A stretch of 64,000 nt of DNA from an uncultured archaeon (GTDB lineage: Archaea; Thermoplasmatota; Thermoplasmata; Thermoplasmatales; Thermoplasmataceae): assembly GCA_000965745.1 (NCBI GenBank), contig CP009479.1:1280001-1344000 (forward strand), read 5' to 3'. Of this stretch, positions 18,892 to 29,606 are shown piece after piece (position 1 is the first letter of the stretch; the number at the start of each line of letters is the position of its first letter). A program made the position numbers and the translations under genes. The notes below the pieces were generated by a model. The model was not told where the DNA came from, searched no databases, and saw only the letters and a list, made by a program, of their open reading frames with translations.

Positions 18892-19151
18892 TCATAAGGG
18901 ATTTCAACGATCAGGTTGCATACCACAGAGAAAGGGCCTTAACAGCCGTCTCCAATGACTTCAGGAACGCGACTAGCGAGTTGTGGACCTACATCAAGCT
19001 GAGCGGGAAGGCTACCCACGAGGAGCTGATGTATGTCACCACTGAAGAGAAGTCTCAGGAATATCTGAAAAAGGTGGTGAAATCATACCAGGGCTCCTGG
19101 CCTATTTACAATTCTAACGTGAAGGGCTTGATCCAGGAGGTGCGTGGATGA
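18888..19151 (+). CDS. Hypothetical element protein (87 aa, apparent CTG start)
   Basis: GGGGGTGG SD, overlaps the upstream stop, and its TGA overlaps the ATG of the helicase fragment. Confidence 0.5.
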   Translation: MIIRDFNDQVAYHRERALTAVSNDFRNATSELWTYIKLSGKATHEELMYVTTEEKSQEYLKKVVKSYQGSWPIYNSNVKGLIQEVRG

Positions 19152-19562
19152 GCGATATCACAGGCAGTCTGCTACACAGGGGCTCCTCAATCACTCCGGT
19201 TGAGATCGAGCCGGGGAAAATAAAATTATCCGATCTCGAACAGAGGAACATTATAATTGGCCGGCCTGGCACAGGGAAGACCACAACCTTGAAGGAAATC
19301 ATCGGGGAGTTCCTGAACAGGGGGAACTCACCATCCGAGCTTCTTTACCTCACATACAGCAGGGCAATGGCCTCAGACGCGAGAGAGAAAATCGGGCTGA
19401 AAAGGCACCAGGCAGGGACCATACATTCTATTTTTTCCATAAAGCTGGGCTGGAGGCACTCAAAGAACCCGAACAAATCCGCGTTTCTTTCTGACAAAGA
19501 TATGAGCGATTTCGCAGAGGAATACGGGATCAGGAAAAAATTCAAGGCAAGGCCCAGGGAAG
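19148..19562 (+). pseudogene. Truncated UvrD/REP superfamily I helicase
   Basis: 'IIGRPGTGKTT', 'LTYSRAMA', 'GTIHS'. Runs into intron-derived sequence at about 19563. Confidence 0.8.
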
Positions 19563-19845
19563 AGCACGGAAACACTCATCAAGGAGCTCAACGTCCTCGT
19601 AAGAAGATGGACAGACTACTTTAATCATGCGACAAGGCAGTACGAGAGCCTCCAAAACTTTGTCCGCTGGAAGGTCTCAAAATTTTACTGCGACTTGCAC
19701 AAGATTCCACGAGTCTCTAAAAGAAAGGAGTACGTAGGTATTGCGGCTACCTCCGGTTTAATAAGAATGGCAAGTAGGAGATCCTATCCATACACCGCAT
19801 GGTGAAGCACACCGGAAAGGCGTATTCGGAAAAATCGACCGTACG

Positions 19846-21798
19846 GTTTGGCACGCCGAGGAATACATATAATCAACCAATGTAAGTTTGGTACTGGAAA
19901 TTGCTGGTTTATCCAGTTAGCTACCAACGCAGTTAGTGGGGTGATCTACTGGCTGAAGTTGTTGGGATGCGAACCTGCAAGCCGTAGCGAGAGCGAACAC
20001 GATGTAGCACCGAGAGGTGTAGGAGGGAAGGCCGAAGATGTCGAACCGGCCTGAAGGCTATCATCGCATGGGAAGAGAACCAGAGGGCCATGCGGCTTCC
20101 CCGGTGTTTCAGTGGCGGCGGGCAGCGAAGGCCATGTGGGATAACTCGGGAGAACACACGGCGTCCTACCGTATTCATGGGGAGAGAATAGAGAGCTCTA
20201 ATGCGAGCCAATATTCGGGATACGAGCAGGTAGCCGGACCTATAACCCAAAAGGGAAATGGAGGCAATGCGCCGTGTGTAGTCGGAGTGGTTCATAGTAC
20301 TTATGACAGTGGGGACAGCATAACCTCACCAGAGGGAAGGGACCATACTCGGAACACGATCGTTCACAACCCGGGAGAGACCCATTCCCGAAAGGGTAGG
20401 AGGTCATAGCATGCTCGAAGGGTTGCAGGACGGTCTCTACCGGAGGGCTAAGGAAAACAAGGATGCTAGATTCAACACGCTCCATGACAAGATATACAGA
20501 ATGGACGTGCTGCAAGAGGCATGGAGACTGGTATGGGAAAACAGGGGATCGGAAGGTGTAGACAACCAGACGCTTGATGACATAAGAGAAGAAGGGATAG
20601 AACAACTGCTTGAACAGATACAGCATGAACTCAAAACAGGCACCTACAGGGCATCATGTGTCAGGAGGGTATTCATCCCGAAATCAAGCGGAAAACTCAG
20701 GCCGCTCGGTATACCAACAGTCAAGGATCGCATAGTGCAGCAGGCAGTTAAGTTGATCATTGAGCCCATATTCGAAGCAGATTTCTTGGAATTCAGCTAC
20801 GGATACAGGCCAAACAGATCGGCAAAAGACGCCTCTCTAGAAATATACAAGTGGCTCAACTACGGTCTCACCAACATAGTAGACGTCGATATAGAAGGCT
20901 TCTTCGACCACATAGATCATGAGCTTCTCCTCAAATTCGTGAAGGAAAGGGTCACGGACGGATACATACTTTCACTCATAAAACAGTGGCTCAAGGCGGG
21001 CATAGTATACGGAAAATCTGTGACAAATCCAACGGAAGGCACGCCTCAGGGGGTGTCATTTCTCCGTTGATTGCAAACACATATCTCAACAAGCTTGACC
21101 ACGCATGGGCTGAGATGAACATGGACAGCAATACAGGGCACAATGCGCACCTGATCAGATACGCGGATGATATTCTGGTGTTGACAGACGATGCACGCTC
21201 CTTCACCTTCAGTGGAAAGAATCACGCAAGGAACGTCATGAAGATCCTCTGGATGCTCGTAGGGAAGCTGAAGCTCAAATTGAGTGAAAGCAAATCCCGT
21301 ATAACAACCGCAGAGGAAGGTTTTGATTTCCTTGGGTTCCACTTCCTCAGGAGGTACTGGGAGAGATACGGAAAATGTGTATCCAGATTCTTCCCGTCGA
21401 AGAAATCTGAACTTAATTACAAGGCAAAGGTGAGTGAGATCACATCAAGACGACACGCGCACACAAAGAGCGAGGATGACGTAATCAGGGAATTGGACCA
21501 GCTCACAATAGGCTGGACAAACTACTATAACCACAGCCATGCATCGGAAACGTACGCAAAGCTCTGGAATTTCCTCTGCTGGAGACTAACGCAGTTCATC
21601 AGGTACAGGCACAAGCGCCGTAGCCTCGCTGTGGATTACGTCAGGCTGCGATCCTATGGCCTCATGCCCCCATACGGAAGAATAAGGCATAATTATACCG
21701 TGTGCCCACGGTGAAGTTCCCCGGATAGCCGGATTCGGGAAAACTGACAGTCCGGTTAGAGGCGGAAGGGTCAGGAGAAATCCTGATCTTTACCCCAC
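19846..21798 (+). mobile_element. Inner group II intron (IIB-like) encoding an RT/maturase
   Basis: D3-like GGAGTGGTTCATAGTAC...GAAGGGACCATACT at about 20285-20349, D5 AGCCGGAT...GTCCGGTT at 21727-21757, D6 ending ACCCCAC at 21798. 5' boundary uncertain (19846-19851). Confidence 0.82.
20411..21714 (+). pseudogene. ltrA: Group II intron reverse transcriptase/maturase with a one-base frameshift, no endonuclease domain
   Basis: 'RPLGIPTVKDR', 'SYGYRP', 'VDIEGFFD', TPQG|GVISP split at G5 21049-21053, 'RYADD', 'FDFLGF', 'GWTNYY'. Confidence 0.9.
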
Positions 21799-21883
21799 GG
21801 GAACTGGAAATGGAGTCAGAGGATAACCGCAATGACTGGTTGTCATGGTATTGTTAGGAAACTCTGTGACCACTGCACTTGCT

Positions 21884-23327
21884 CTATACTCGACTGACCG
21901 CACACATAACTGACCTATTACGGTTGTAACCCCATATGAAACCCAACGTTGTTGTGTCACTTCCGCCATATAGTGACCCAGTGTCAGAACGAGGCTGAAA
22001 TTGGCCTCCTGTAGACATCCAAATAGTTACAGTGTATGTAAACGACTCGTATGTTGACTGGCTTGGTTGGAAGTTGAATTGATCCGAACTTGATTGCATT
22101 CCGAAAATATAAGCGTTCTTAAAAGTCGGGATAAAGCCCCACTTAAGGTAAGTGGATCCAATCAAATTGTAACCATATCCAGTAGCGGAGGTCCACTGAC
22201 CTGCATCTTGATTGAATATCCAAGAGTTATAATAGATCGTATCCACAGACCCTGCACTTACGACACCAAACGGGCTTATCAAAGGTACGTCGTAATAGGT
22301 TGCCACCGCAGAAATAGCTGCCCAAACAAGATCTGCAACTATCAGGGAGAGGGCACTCGAATTACCATGCTCCTGCATATCAACATTTGTCACATGAATC
22401 TTTAGCCCTTGTGGTTTGTTGCTTGGATTGTTTCCTAAAGTGTCCCCCGTCCATTTGTAAGCTTGGTTTATTTGGTTTACTCCGAAGGATGTTTGTATAG
22501 GCTGTATCGTAGTAGCTGCTTCTAAAGCAAAATTATTGTCTTCCCACTCATAATCCGAAGGTACTCTTGCGCTAAGCATAAACTTCGCTATCAGGTTCCC
22601 AGAGCTGTCGTATATCGGAGTTTTGCCAGTAGTAAACTTGTATTGACCAATTGTAGGATCAATAGTATAGGTCGCATTTCCCGGAATTTTGATGGGCGCA
22701 AAAACAAGTGTGATGTAATTTGCACCACTTGCCATAATAACGGACCCGGCAACAAAATTTGACTCCGCCCCGAGCCACGATAGAAACAACCCATTAGACC
22801 CGATCATGTAACTACCATGTGATATAGCGTAAGTTTTGCTTTGGTGTTTTCCGTTGAAATCAAATTGACCAGAGCTATTAAACCTCTTGACTGCAATAGT
22901 ATTTGAAGCAGGCATCTTTATATGTTCTACGACAATAAATGTGCTATTATGTGGTTCCTTGTTTGTTATTATAAGACTCTGCTCTAAGTCTGCCATGGTG
23001 ACAGAGTTCACTGTTCCGATCTTTGCAGTGGAGTAATTAGCACTTCTATAGATGTAGGTATGACCCTTCGGACCTTTTATTTGGGGATGCCCCAAGTTCA
23101 TGGGTAGCAAATGTTTTCCTCCGGCGACCATCTGATATACGGACCAAGATTGCTTGACATGCGATGTTCCTAGGCTAAATGAATTTTGGGACGATGTAAA
23201 CGTTAGAGTCGCAGGACCTTCTGGATAGCCGTGCGTGGTGGCATCAACGGCTAAAAATGTCAACCCACCTGTCACCATAATTACGGGCACAGCTAATGCA
23301 AGAAATTTTTTTTGTGTTCCCTATCAT
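21884..23327 (-). CDS. Secreted Ser/Thr/Asn-rich protein of unknown function; signal peptide frameshifted in an A8 run
   Basis: 468-aa ORF from 23290. ATG 23327 joins it (MIGNTKKFLALAVPVIM...) if A8 were A7. Confidence 0.65.
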
Positions 23328-23433
23328 TTCTTTCAATACACCACGCAATAACTTTATAGAAATCTTTTTCTATACCATCACTTAGTATTAAAACTCTCCA
23401 CAAAACTTAACTTCGATAGTTTATTAACTTGAT

Positions 23434-24042
23434 TTGGGTACGTTTATGCGTGCAAAAAGAAAGAATAGCGTGAAAATATTGATAGCTATAATTCTTGCCG
23501 TTGCGGTGATAGCCCTATCAAATATTATAACGGCGCCACCAAACCTGCACCCCTCGAAAGTTTCCATATCTACTCCTTTGAATCAAGTGAATGTCTCCAA
23601 ATATAGTATATTCATGGATCCCATGGGCAGTAATACTACCTTTCAGATTGGTGGGCCTCATGCTTCCTCTAGTTATATTGCTTGGATAAATGGCCCTACA
23701 AATTACGTAGGGTCAGGAAATAATTTTGGTGTGCAAGTCTATTTGATGCAAACCTCACAAAATGTTACATCCTTATTCACAGGCAGCTCAATAAATGTTA
23801 TCCATGCAAGGTATATTCCTAATCGAGGCAATACGGTAACTTCCTATTCCGAAACTGCATACCCTGGTAGTGTGGGAGATTCCGGCATAACGATCTCCTT
23901 TAACGATCTAAGCAACGTTAACACCACGTCAACAGCAACTGTTAATATAACATTAGTTGAAGAGTCGATAATTGGCCCCTTTCATATATGGGGGCAGCAA
24001 AAGAATATTTCTTTGTCTTTAGAATTCAATATGACAAGGTAG
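23434..24042 (+). CDS. Membrane-anchored extracellular hypothetical protein
   Basis: Basic N-terminus plus TM helix, beta-rich domain with N-x-S/T sequons. Confidence 0.7.
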   Translation: MGTFMRAKRKNSVKILIAIILAVAVIALSNIITAPPNLHPSKVSISTPLNQVNVSKYSIFMDPMGSNTTFQIGGPHASSSYIAWINGPTNYVGSGNNFGVQVYLMQTSQNVTSLFTGSSINVIHARYIPNRGNTVTSYSETAYPGSVGDSGITISFNDLSNVNTTSTATVNITLVEESIIGPFHIWGQQKNISLSLEFNMTR

Positions 24043-24071
24043 GGATAACATTACTTGCAAATACCCACCTT

Positions 24072-24635
24072 AAGGTCTTTTTATCTTCTCCGGGCTCTTC
24101 ACGCTTCTCATGCCCCGGATCTGAAACGATGAATGTTGCATCCTGTGCCGGTCCTCGCTTCACCTAGATGCCCTTTGCTTCCAACTGCCTCTGGAGCTCG
24201 TTCCATATGACACGATCCTTTCCCGTTTCCGATAATCTCTCCCTGAAGTACAATATTGTGCGTGCATCCGGCTTCTCAGTGGTAAAATCAAGGAAATTCA
24301 TGAAAGATATTCTGTCGTGAATCTCCTTCTCGGCCTTTTCGTCAGTGAGGTTGTACAGGTTCTGCAGATACAGCACCTTGACCATTGTTATGATGGGAAT
24401 ATTCGGCCTTACTCCATTCTCTGTTTCATTGTGATACAGATCCTTGAGGAGTGGAGGGAATCTGGACCAGTCAATTGATTCCTTGGCGAATTCCAGGTGA
24501 TCATTGGCAAATATTGCTTGTACTTCCCCCTTAGAGCTGTGTAATGAGGGTCACTCATACAGTAACATGGCTGATTCATGAATAAAGATGACTGTTACTG
24601 GACCTGTTAATCTTGGGATGTTTTTGGAAATTCTC
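24072..24635 (-). pseudogene. Truncated IS5-family element
   Basis: 'VLYLQNLYNLTD...HDRISFMNFL...PDARTILYFRERL', in-frame stop, then 'QDATFI'. IR-like end GAGAATTTCCAAAAAC at 24635. Confidence 0.75.
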
Positions 24636-24882
24636 ACGAGTCTCAAGCCATAGCAGACTTACAATTTTTCGTTGCGAGATGTTATCCATATTTTTGACAA
24701 TGCCCCCTTTAAAACAATGTTACCTACAGAGCAGCAGTCAAGGCAAGCCTGAAAGGGTTATCCCAGCCAGTTTCAACTACTCTTTACTTTTTCTTCATTA
24801 ACATTTTAGATGGATAGTTACGGTTTGAACTGTATTTGACTGAAACTCTAACGTTATTGATATGCCCGCACTAAACTAATGA

Positions 24883-26347
24883 CCTGACTTTCTCCTATCT
24901 TTTATACACTAGGTTCCTGATCTCCTCCTGTTTCTTTGACAGTTCAACATTTGCACCCCACTCCATGCCGGATTCAGAATCTTTCAGCTCAACCCTGTAC
25001 CCATGGCTAAGGATGTCAAGTGCATCCGATCCGGAGATTCCTGTCTTTTCTATCCTGTACTGCAGTGTCGCAAGGATGGCGTACGAGAGATAGCAGATCT
25101 TTATGTGCGCATTCACGTGGGAGAGCATCCAGAACCTCACTGGCCTTAGGGACAGTATGCCCTTCATCTGTTTGAACGCCCTCTCCACCACATTCTTGGC
25201 ATAGTATTTTTTCACAACATCCGCATCTTCCATGCCTGTGTTGTGATATATGAGCGAATATCCCAACAGGGACGCGATTTCCTCATCCTCAGAGTGATCG
25301 TAATAATGCTCCCTCCTGATGGATTCAAGATACGGATTGTACACAACAATGAGTTTTCCGGACAGGAAGTCCATGGATTGCGTATAGACATGCGTGTTTC
25401 GCAGCTCGATGCGATTTCCCTTCCTGTATACCCTGCTTTTGTCGATCTTGAGCAGAATGTCCCTGAAACTCTTATTCTTCACGACGCCGCATATTATCTT
25501 CATGCGAAGCTCAAGTGCATCATCTATATTCTTCCGGGAATAGAAGCCACGGTCCAGGATGACTGCTGAATAGCCCTTCTCCTTCAGCAGTGAGATCATC
25601 TCCCTGTACATTCGTTTTCCGGAGATATTTCCTCCGTGCGTGCGGTGGAAGAGCGGAAAACCATGATCCTCTGTGACAGCAAGGGCGATCTGCACCAGCT
25701 TCTTCACCTTCTCCTCCTTGCCCCTGCGTGCCTTGCCTTCAATGCTGTCACCTTCGAAATATGTGTCTGTTACATCGATTATGACTGCATTCCTGTCATC
25801 AATGGACGAGAAGATTCCTGACAGTGATTCCTCCATCCTGGAGAAATCCATCTCATTCAGGGTGTCCAGGGAATCGTAAAGCCTTGCTGTACTTGTGGCT
25901 TTGATGCCAAGGATATCAAGCATGTCCGTGTATGAGAGCCACTCCTCCATCCTGTTGATCGACGGACGATCAAGAAGCTGCGAATACACAAGGATCAGGA
26001 TCTCACTGTCGAGACTGGTGATTCCCAGATCAGAGGCGATCCTGTGGATTATTTCAATGTCAAGATGCTTCCGGACTGCCTGTACCTGTACGGAAGAGGA
26101 CATGATCCTCCTGACCACCTCTCCCTCAACGTCCTTGCCTATGTACCTGATGACCTTCTGCCTGGTTCTGCCATTCTCCCACACAGATTCCACCTCGGCA
26201 AGATATGTCCCTGAAGGCTTCTTGATCTTCCGTATGAAGGACATGATGTATAAGATATACATCATGCAGTTATTAAAGCTATCTACAATAAAGCAGTGAA
26301 TAACAAGGTCACAAAGCATGATGTATAAAATGGGTCAAAAACTTAGG
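24883..26347 (-). mobile_element. Complete IS1634-family insertion sequence
   Basis: Ends CCTGACTTT / CCTAAGTTT and 6-bp TSD TAATGA at 24877-24882 and 26348-26353. Confidence 0.85.
24895..26244 (-). CDS. IS1634-family transposase
   Basis: 'MSFIRKIKK..GTYLAEVES', 'IDVTDTYFEG', 'ILDRGF', 'VERAFKQMK..L.LRP', 'VNAHIKICYL'. Confidence 0.88.
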   Translation of the reverse strand: MSFIRKIKKPSGTYLAEVESVWENGRTRQKVIRYIGKDVEGEVVRRIMSSSVQVQAVRKHLDIEIIHRIASDLGITSLDSEILILVYSQLLDRPSINRMEEWLSYTDMLDILGIKATSTARLYDSLDTLNEMDFSRMEESLSGIFSSIDDRNAVIIDVTDTYFEGDSIEGKARRGKEEKVKKLVQIALAVTEDHGFPLFHRTHGGNISGKRMYREMISLLKEKGYSAVILDRGFYSRKNIDDALELRMKIICGVVKNKSFRDILLKIDKSRVYRKGNRIELRNTHVYTQSMDFLSGKLIVVYNPYLESIRREHYYDHSEDEEIASLLGYSLIYHNTGMEDADVVKKYYAKNVVERAFKQMKGILSLRPVRFWMLSHVNAHIKICYLSYAILATLQYRIEKTGISGSDALDILSHGYRVELKDSESGMEWGANVELSKKQEEIRNLVYKR

Positions 26348-26466
26348 TAATGAGACCTCATAGTATCAAGTTATTCCGATAACGAACACGAACAAGGTCG
26401 AGAACCGGTTGCCCAAGAGACAACAGGGCAGCGAGAAGAGTAGCTTCACTGACGAGGCACATCGAC

Positions 26467-27339
26467 GTGCTGAATCCAAAACAGGGAGAGGTCAACACAT
26501 ACTTCCAGAAGAGGATAAGAGACACATCACTTTCAAAGACCACGATCATAGCTGAAGTGAATGATCTCAGACTGTTCTGGAATGGATACCTTGAGCTAGG
26601 AATAAAGCTCCTTCCGTTAAAGACACCTCCAGAGAAGGACGTATGGATACCAACTGACCAGGAGGTTATCAGGATAATGAAGGCAGCGGAGCATTCAAGC
26701 GCTGACAAGGGAATAGCGCTCAGGAATTCACTGATCACCAGGATGTTCTTCCTCGGCTGCATGAGAGTTGGGGAAATGATGAGGATCCGCTTAAACGACG
26801 TAGATTTTGAGTTGGGCGGTGTCAATATCAGGTCAGAAAAGGGTGAAGCTGATCGTTTTGTCGGTTTCCATCCGGACATCTTGAAAGACCTGAAAACTTA
26901 ATTGAATGTTTACAGACCCCGCACTACATTCACTCAGCTCTGGATCGCGACGAAAAAGGGAAAAACCCAGAGTTCTGTGGAGCCTATCACCTACGCTGGG
27001 CTTCGGAAGCTATCCAAGGTCATGGGGCTTTCCGCAGGCGTGACCCAATTCCATTGGCATGCTGCGAGGCACTGGGGCGCAACAGCCTATCTATATGGGC
27101 GTCTGGGAGTACCACCGTTGGGAATCAGATCGGTTCAAAAACTTCTCGGTCATGTGTCATTAAAGACGACTCAGAGGTATACTCACGTCACAGACAGGGA
27201 CGTTGCAAAAGAGGTGATATCCGCGCAAAGAAAATTATTTCGCGGGCATGAAAAAAATGAGGGATTAAGGGGCGTGAAAGCCCCTATACCGAACCCTATG
27301 GGGCTGACCGGGTTTGAACCGATGACCACCTGGTTATGA
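26467..27339 (+). pseudogene. int: Tyrosine recombinase/integrase with one in-frame TAA (26899-26901)
   Basis: 'GCMRVGE', 'SEKG', 'HAARH', 'LLGH', 'TQRYTH' in the same frame across the stop. The C-terminus runs through att into the antisense tRNA. Confidence 0.88.
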
Positions 27340-27372
27340 GCCAGGCGCTCTACCTAGCTGAGCTACAGCCCC
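27299..27372 (-). tRNA. tRNA with CAU anticodon, probably tRNA-Ile2 (agmatidine-modified)
   Basis: Cloverleaf GGGGCTG...CCTGG CTCATAA CCAGG...CAGCCCCA. Ile versus elongator Met is inferred from the sequence and from pairing with tRNA-Asn. Confidence 0.85.
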
Positions 27373-27374
27373 AG

Positions 27375-27447
27375 CGCCGCTGGTCGGATTCGAACCGACG
27401 ACCGCTCGGTTAACAGCCGAGTGCTCTACCAGCTAAGCTACAACGGC
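27375..27447 (-). tRNA. tRNA-Asn(GUU)
   Basis: GCCGTTG...CTCGG CTGTTAA CCGAG...GTTCGAATC...CAGCGGCG. Confidence 0.95.
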
Positions 27448-27476
27448 AATGTAACACGGAAAGGTCTCAAAACTCT

Positions 27477-28541
<1,065 letters not shown>

Positions 28542-28556
28542 TTACCGGTAAAAATG

Positions 28557-29060
28557 TCAGATCCCACTGACAAGCTCGATTTTGTATCCCTTGATCTGGA
28601 GTATGTTTGAGCGCTTTACAATTCCTCTAAGCAGAGTTTGTGAAATGGACAGCTTTTCGGCAACATCTCCAACAAACACCCCCTTCTCGGCGCCCATCAT
28701 CTCCTTGATCTGGCCTTCGTAGTCCACAAGCTGCTCTTCCTTGAGTGTCGTAGCATATATGATATCTGCCAGGTCGCTCATGGATCCGATTAAGTTGATC
28801 TGGACACTAGTGTAGTATGTGTGATAAGCCTTTTCGGGACCTTTTTCTCCTGTCATCCACTGACTCTCTATGAGCTTTATCTTGTCCAGGTACAGAAGGG
28901 CCCTCTTGCCTTCCACTCCGTATTTTTCCTCAATCTTTGGCATAGTGACCCAATTTGTGGAAAGATCTAGCATAAGTCTCCTCTTAACATCAGTATCGGC
29001 CGCATGAAAAATTGAGACAAGCTCTCCAACGTCATTAACTACTTTTATACGGCTTACCAT
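28557..29060 (-). CDS. Archaeal winged-helix (ArsR-like) regulator
   Basis: 'LIESQW...PEKAYHTYY' conserved-looking archaeal HTH protein; ATG 29060. Confidence 0.65.
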   Translation of the reverse strand: MVSRIKVVNDVGELVSIFHAADTDVKRRLMLDLSTNWVTMPKIEEKYGVEGKRALLYLDKIKLIESQWMTGEKGPEKAYHTYYTSVQINLIGSMSDLADIIYATTLKEEQLVDYEGQIKEMMGAEKGVFVGDVAEKLSISQTLLRGIVKRSNILQIKGYKIELVSGI

Positions 29061-29606
29061 TCTAACGATATTAAAAGATGAAATATAATTATTTCCAACG
29101 TTAGAGATATTTTTGCTTCTCACGTTCCGCGCTAGCTTGTAGCTAGGCAGAGACAACATTATTGATCCTAACTGATCAAGTCTTCTTTCAGGACCAGCCC
29201 CTGACTACTCCTTGAACTTTACCTTAGGCGTCTGAACAGGTTGGACCAGAAAACTCTGAACATATTTTCCCCGACATAGGGGCTTATGCAGCAAAAATTG
29301 CCGGGAATAAAATCTCAGACATTCTGGTGAATATTGCTACAAGAACGATCGGCATAAAGACAGCAAGGCTTAGGACAATGTCCTTTATCAATCCACCAAT
29401 GTCTTTCTTGCAGGCTACTTTTGGCACTCGATTTCCTCATTGATAATATTCTGTCTTAAACCACATTTTCTTGAATATAACTTTGTACCGATACGCAACA
29501 GAAGCCTTCATTCTCATCAGTGAATACAGCTTTCACCTGCGCTTAAGGAATCTTGCTATGCGGAATCACAACATGTTGACTGGATACTGTGACGTCAATC
29601 TTACAC

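Larger units (their letters stand above)
19563..21894 (+). mobile_element. Outer group II intron remnant (maturase X domain, D5, D6) interrupted by a second intron
   Basis: 19563-19805 encodes 'LIKELNVLVRRWTDYFNH...NFVRWK'. D5-like hairpin at 19816-19849. D6-like GGGAACTGGAAATGG...CTATACTCGAC at 21799-21894. Confidence 0.75.
18681..27313. mobile_element. Degenerate integrative element/genomic island inserted at the 3' end of tRNA(CAU)
   Basis: 16-bp direct repeat ATGGGGCTGACCGGGT at 18681-18696 and 27298-27313. The second copy is the tRNA 3' end and a tyrosine integrase is adjacent. Confidence 0.88.

Noticed and set aside
20411-21714. RT as retron, DGR or defence RT
   Set aside because: It has a maturase X domain and flanking group II D3/D5/D6 structures, and no template/variable repeat pair was seen
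26899-26901. Recoding or readthrough of the integrase stop
   Set aside because: It is TAA, a single change from a Tyr codon, in a decaying island; nonsense mutation is simpler
29160-29600. Possible 47-aa hydrophobic ORF on the minus strand in a long spacer
   Set aside because: No motif or clear translation signals; may be a gene relic
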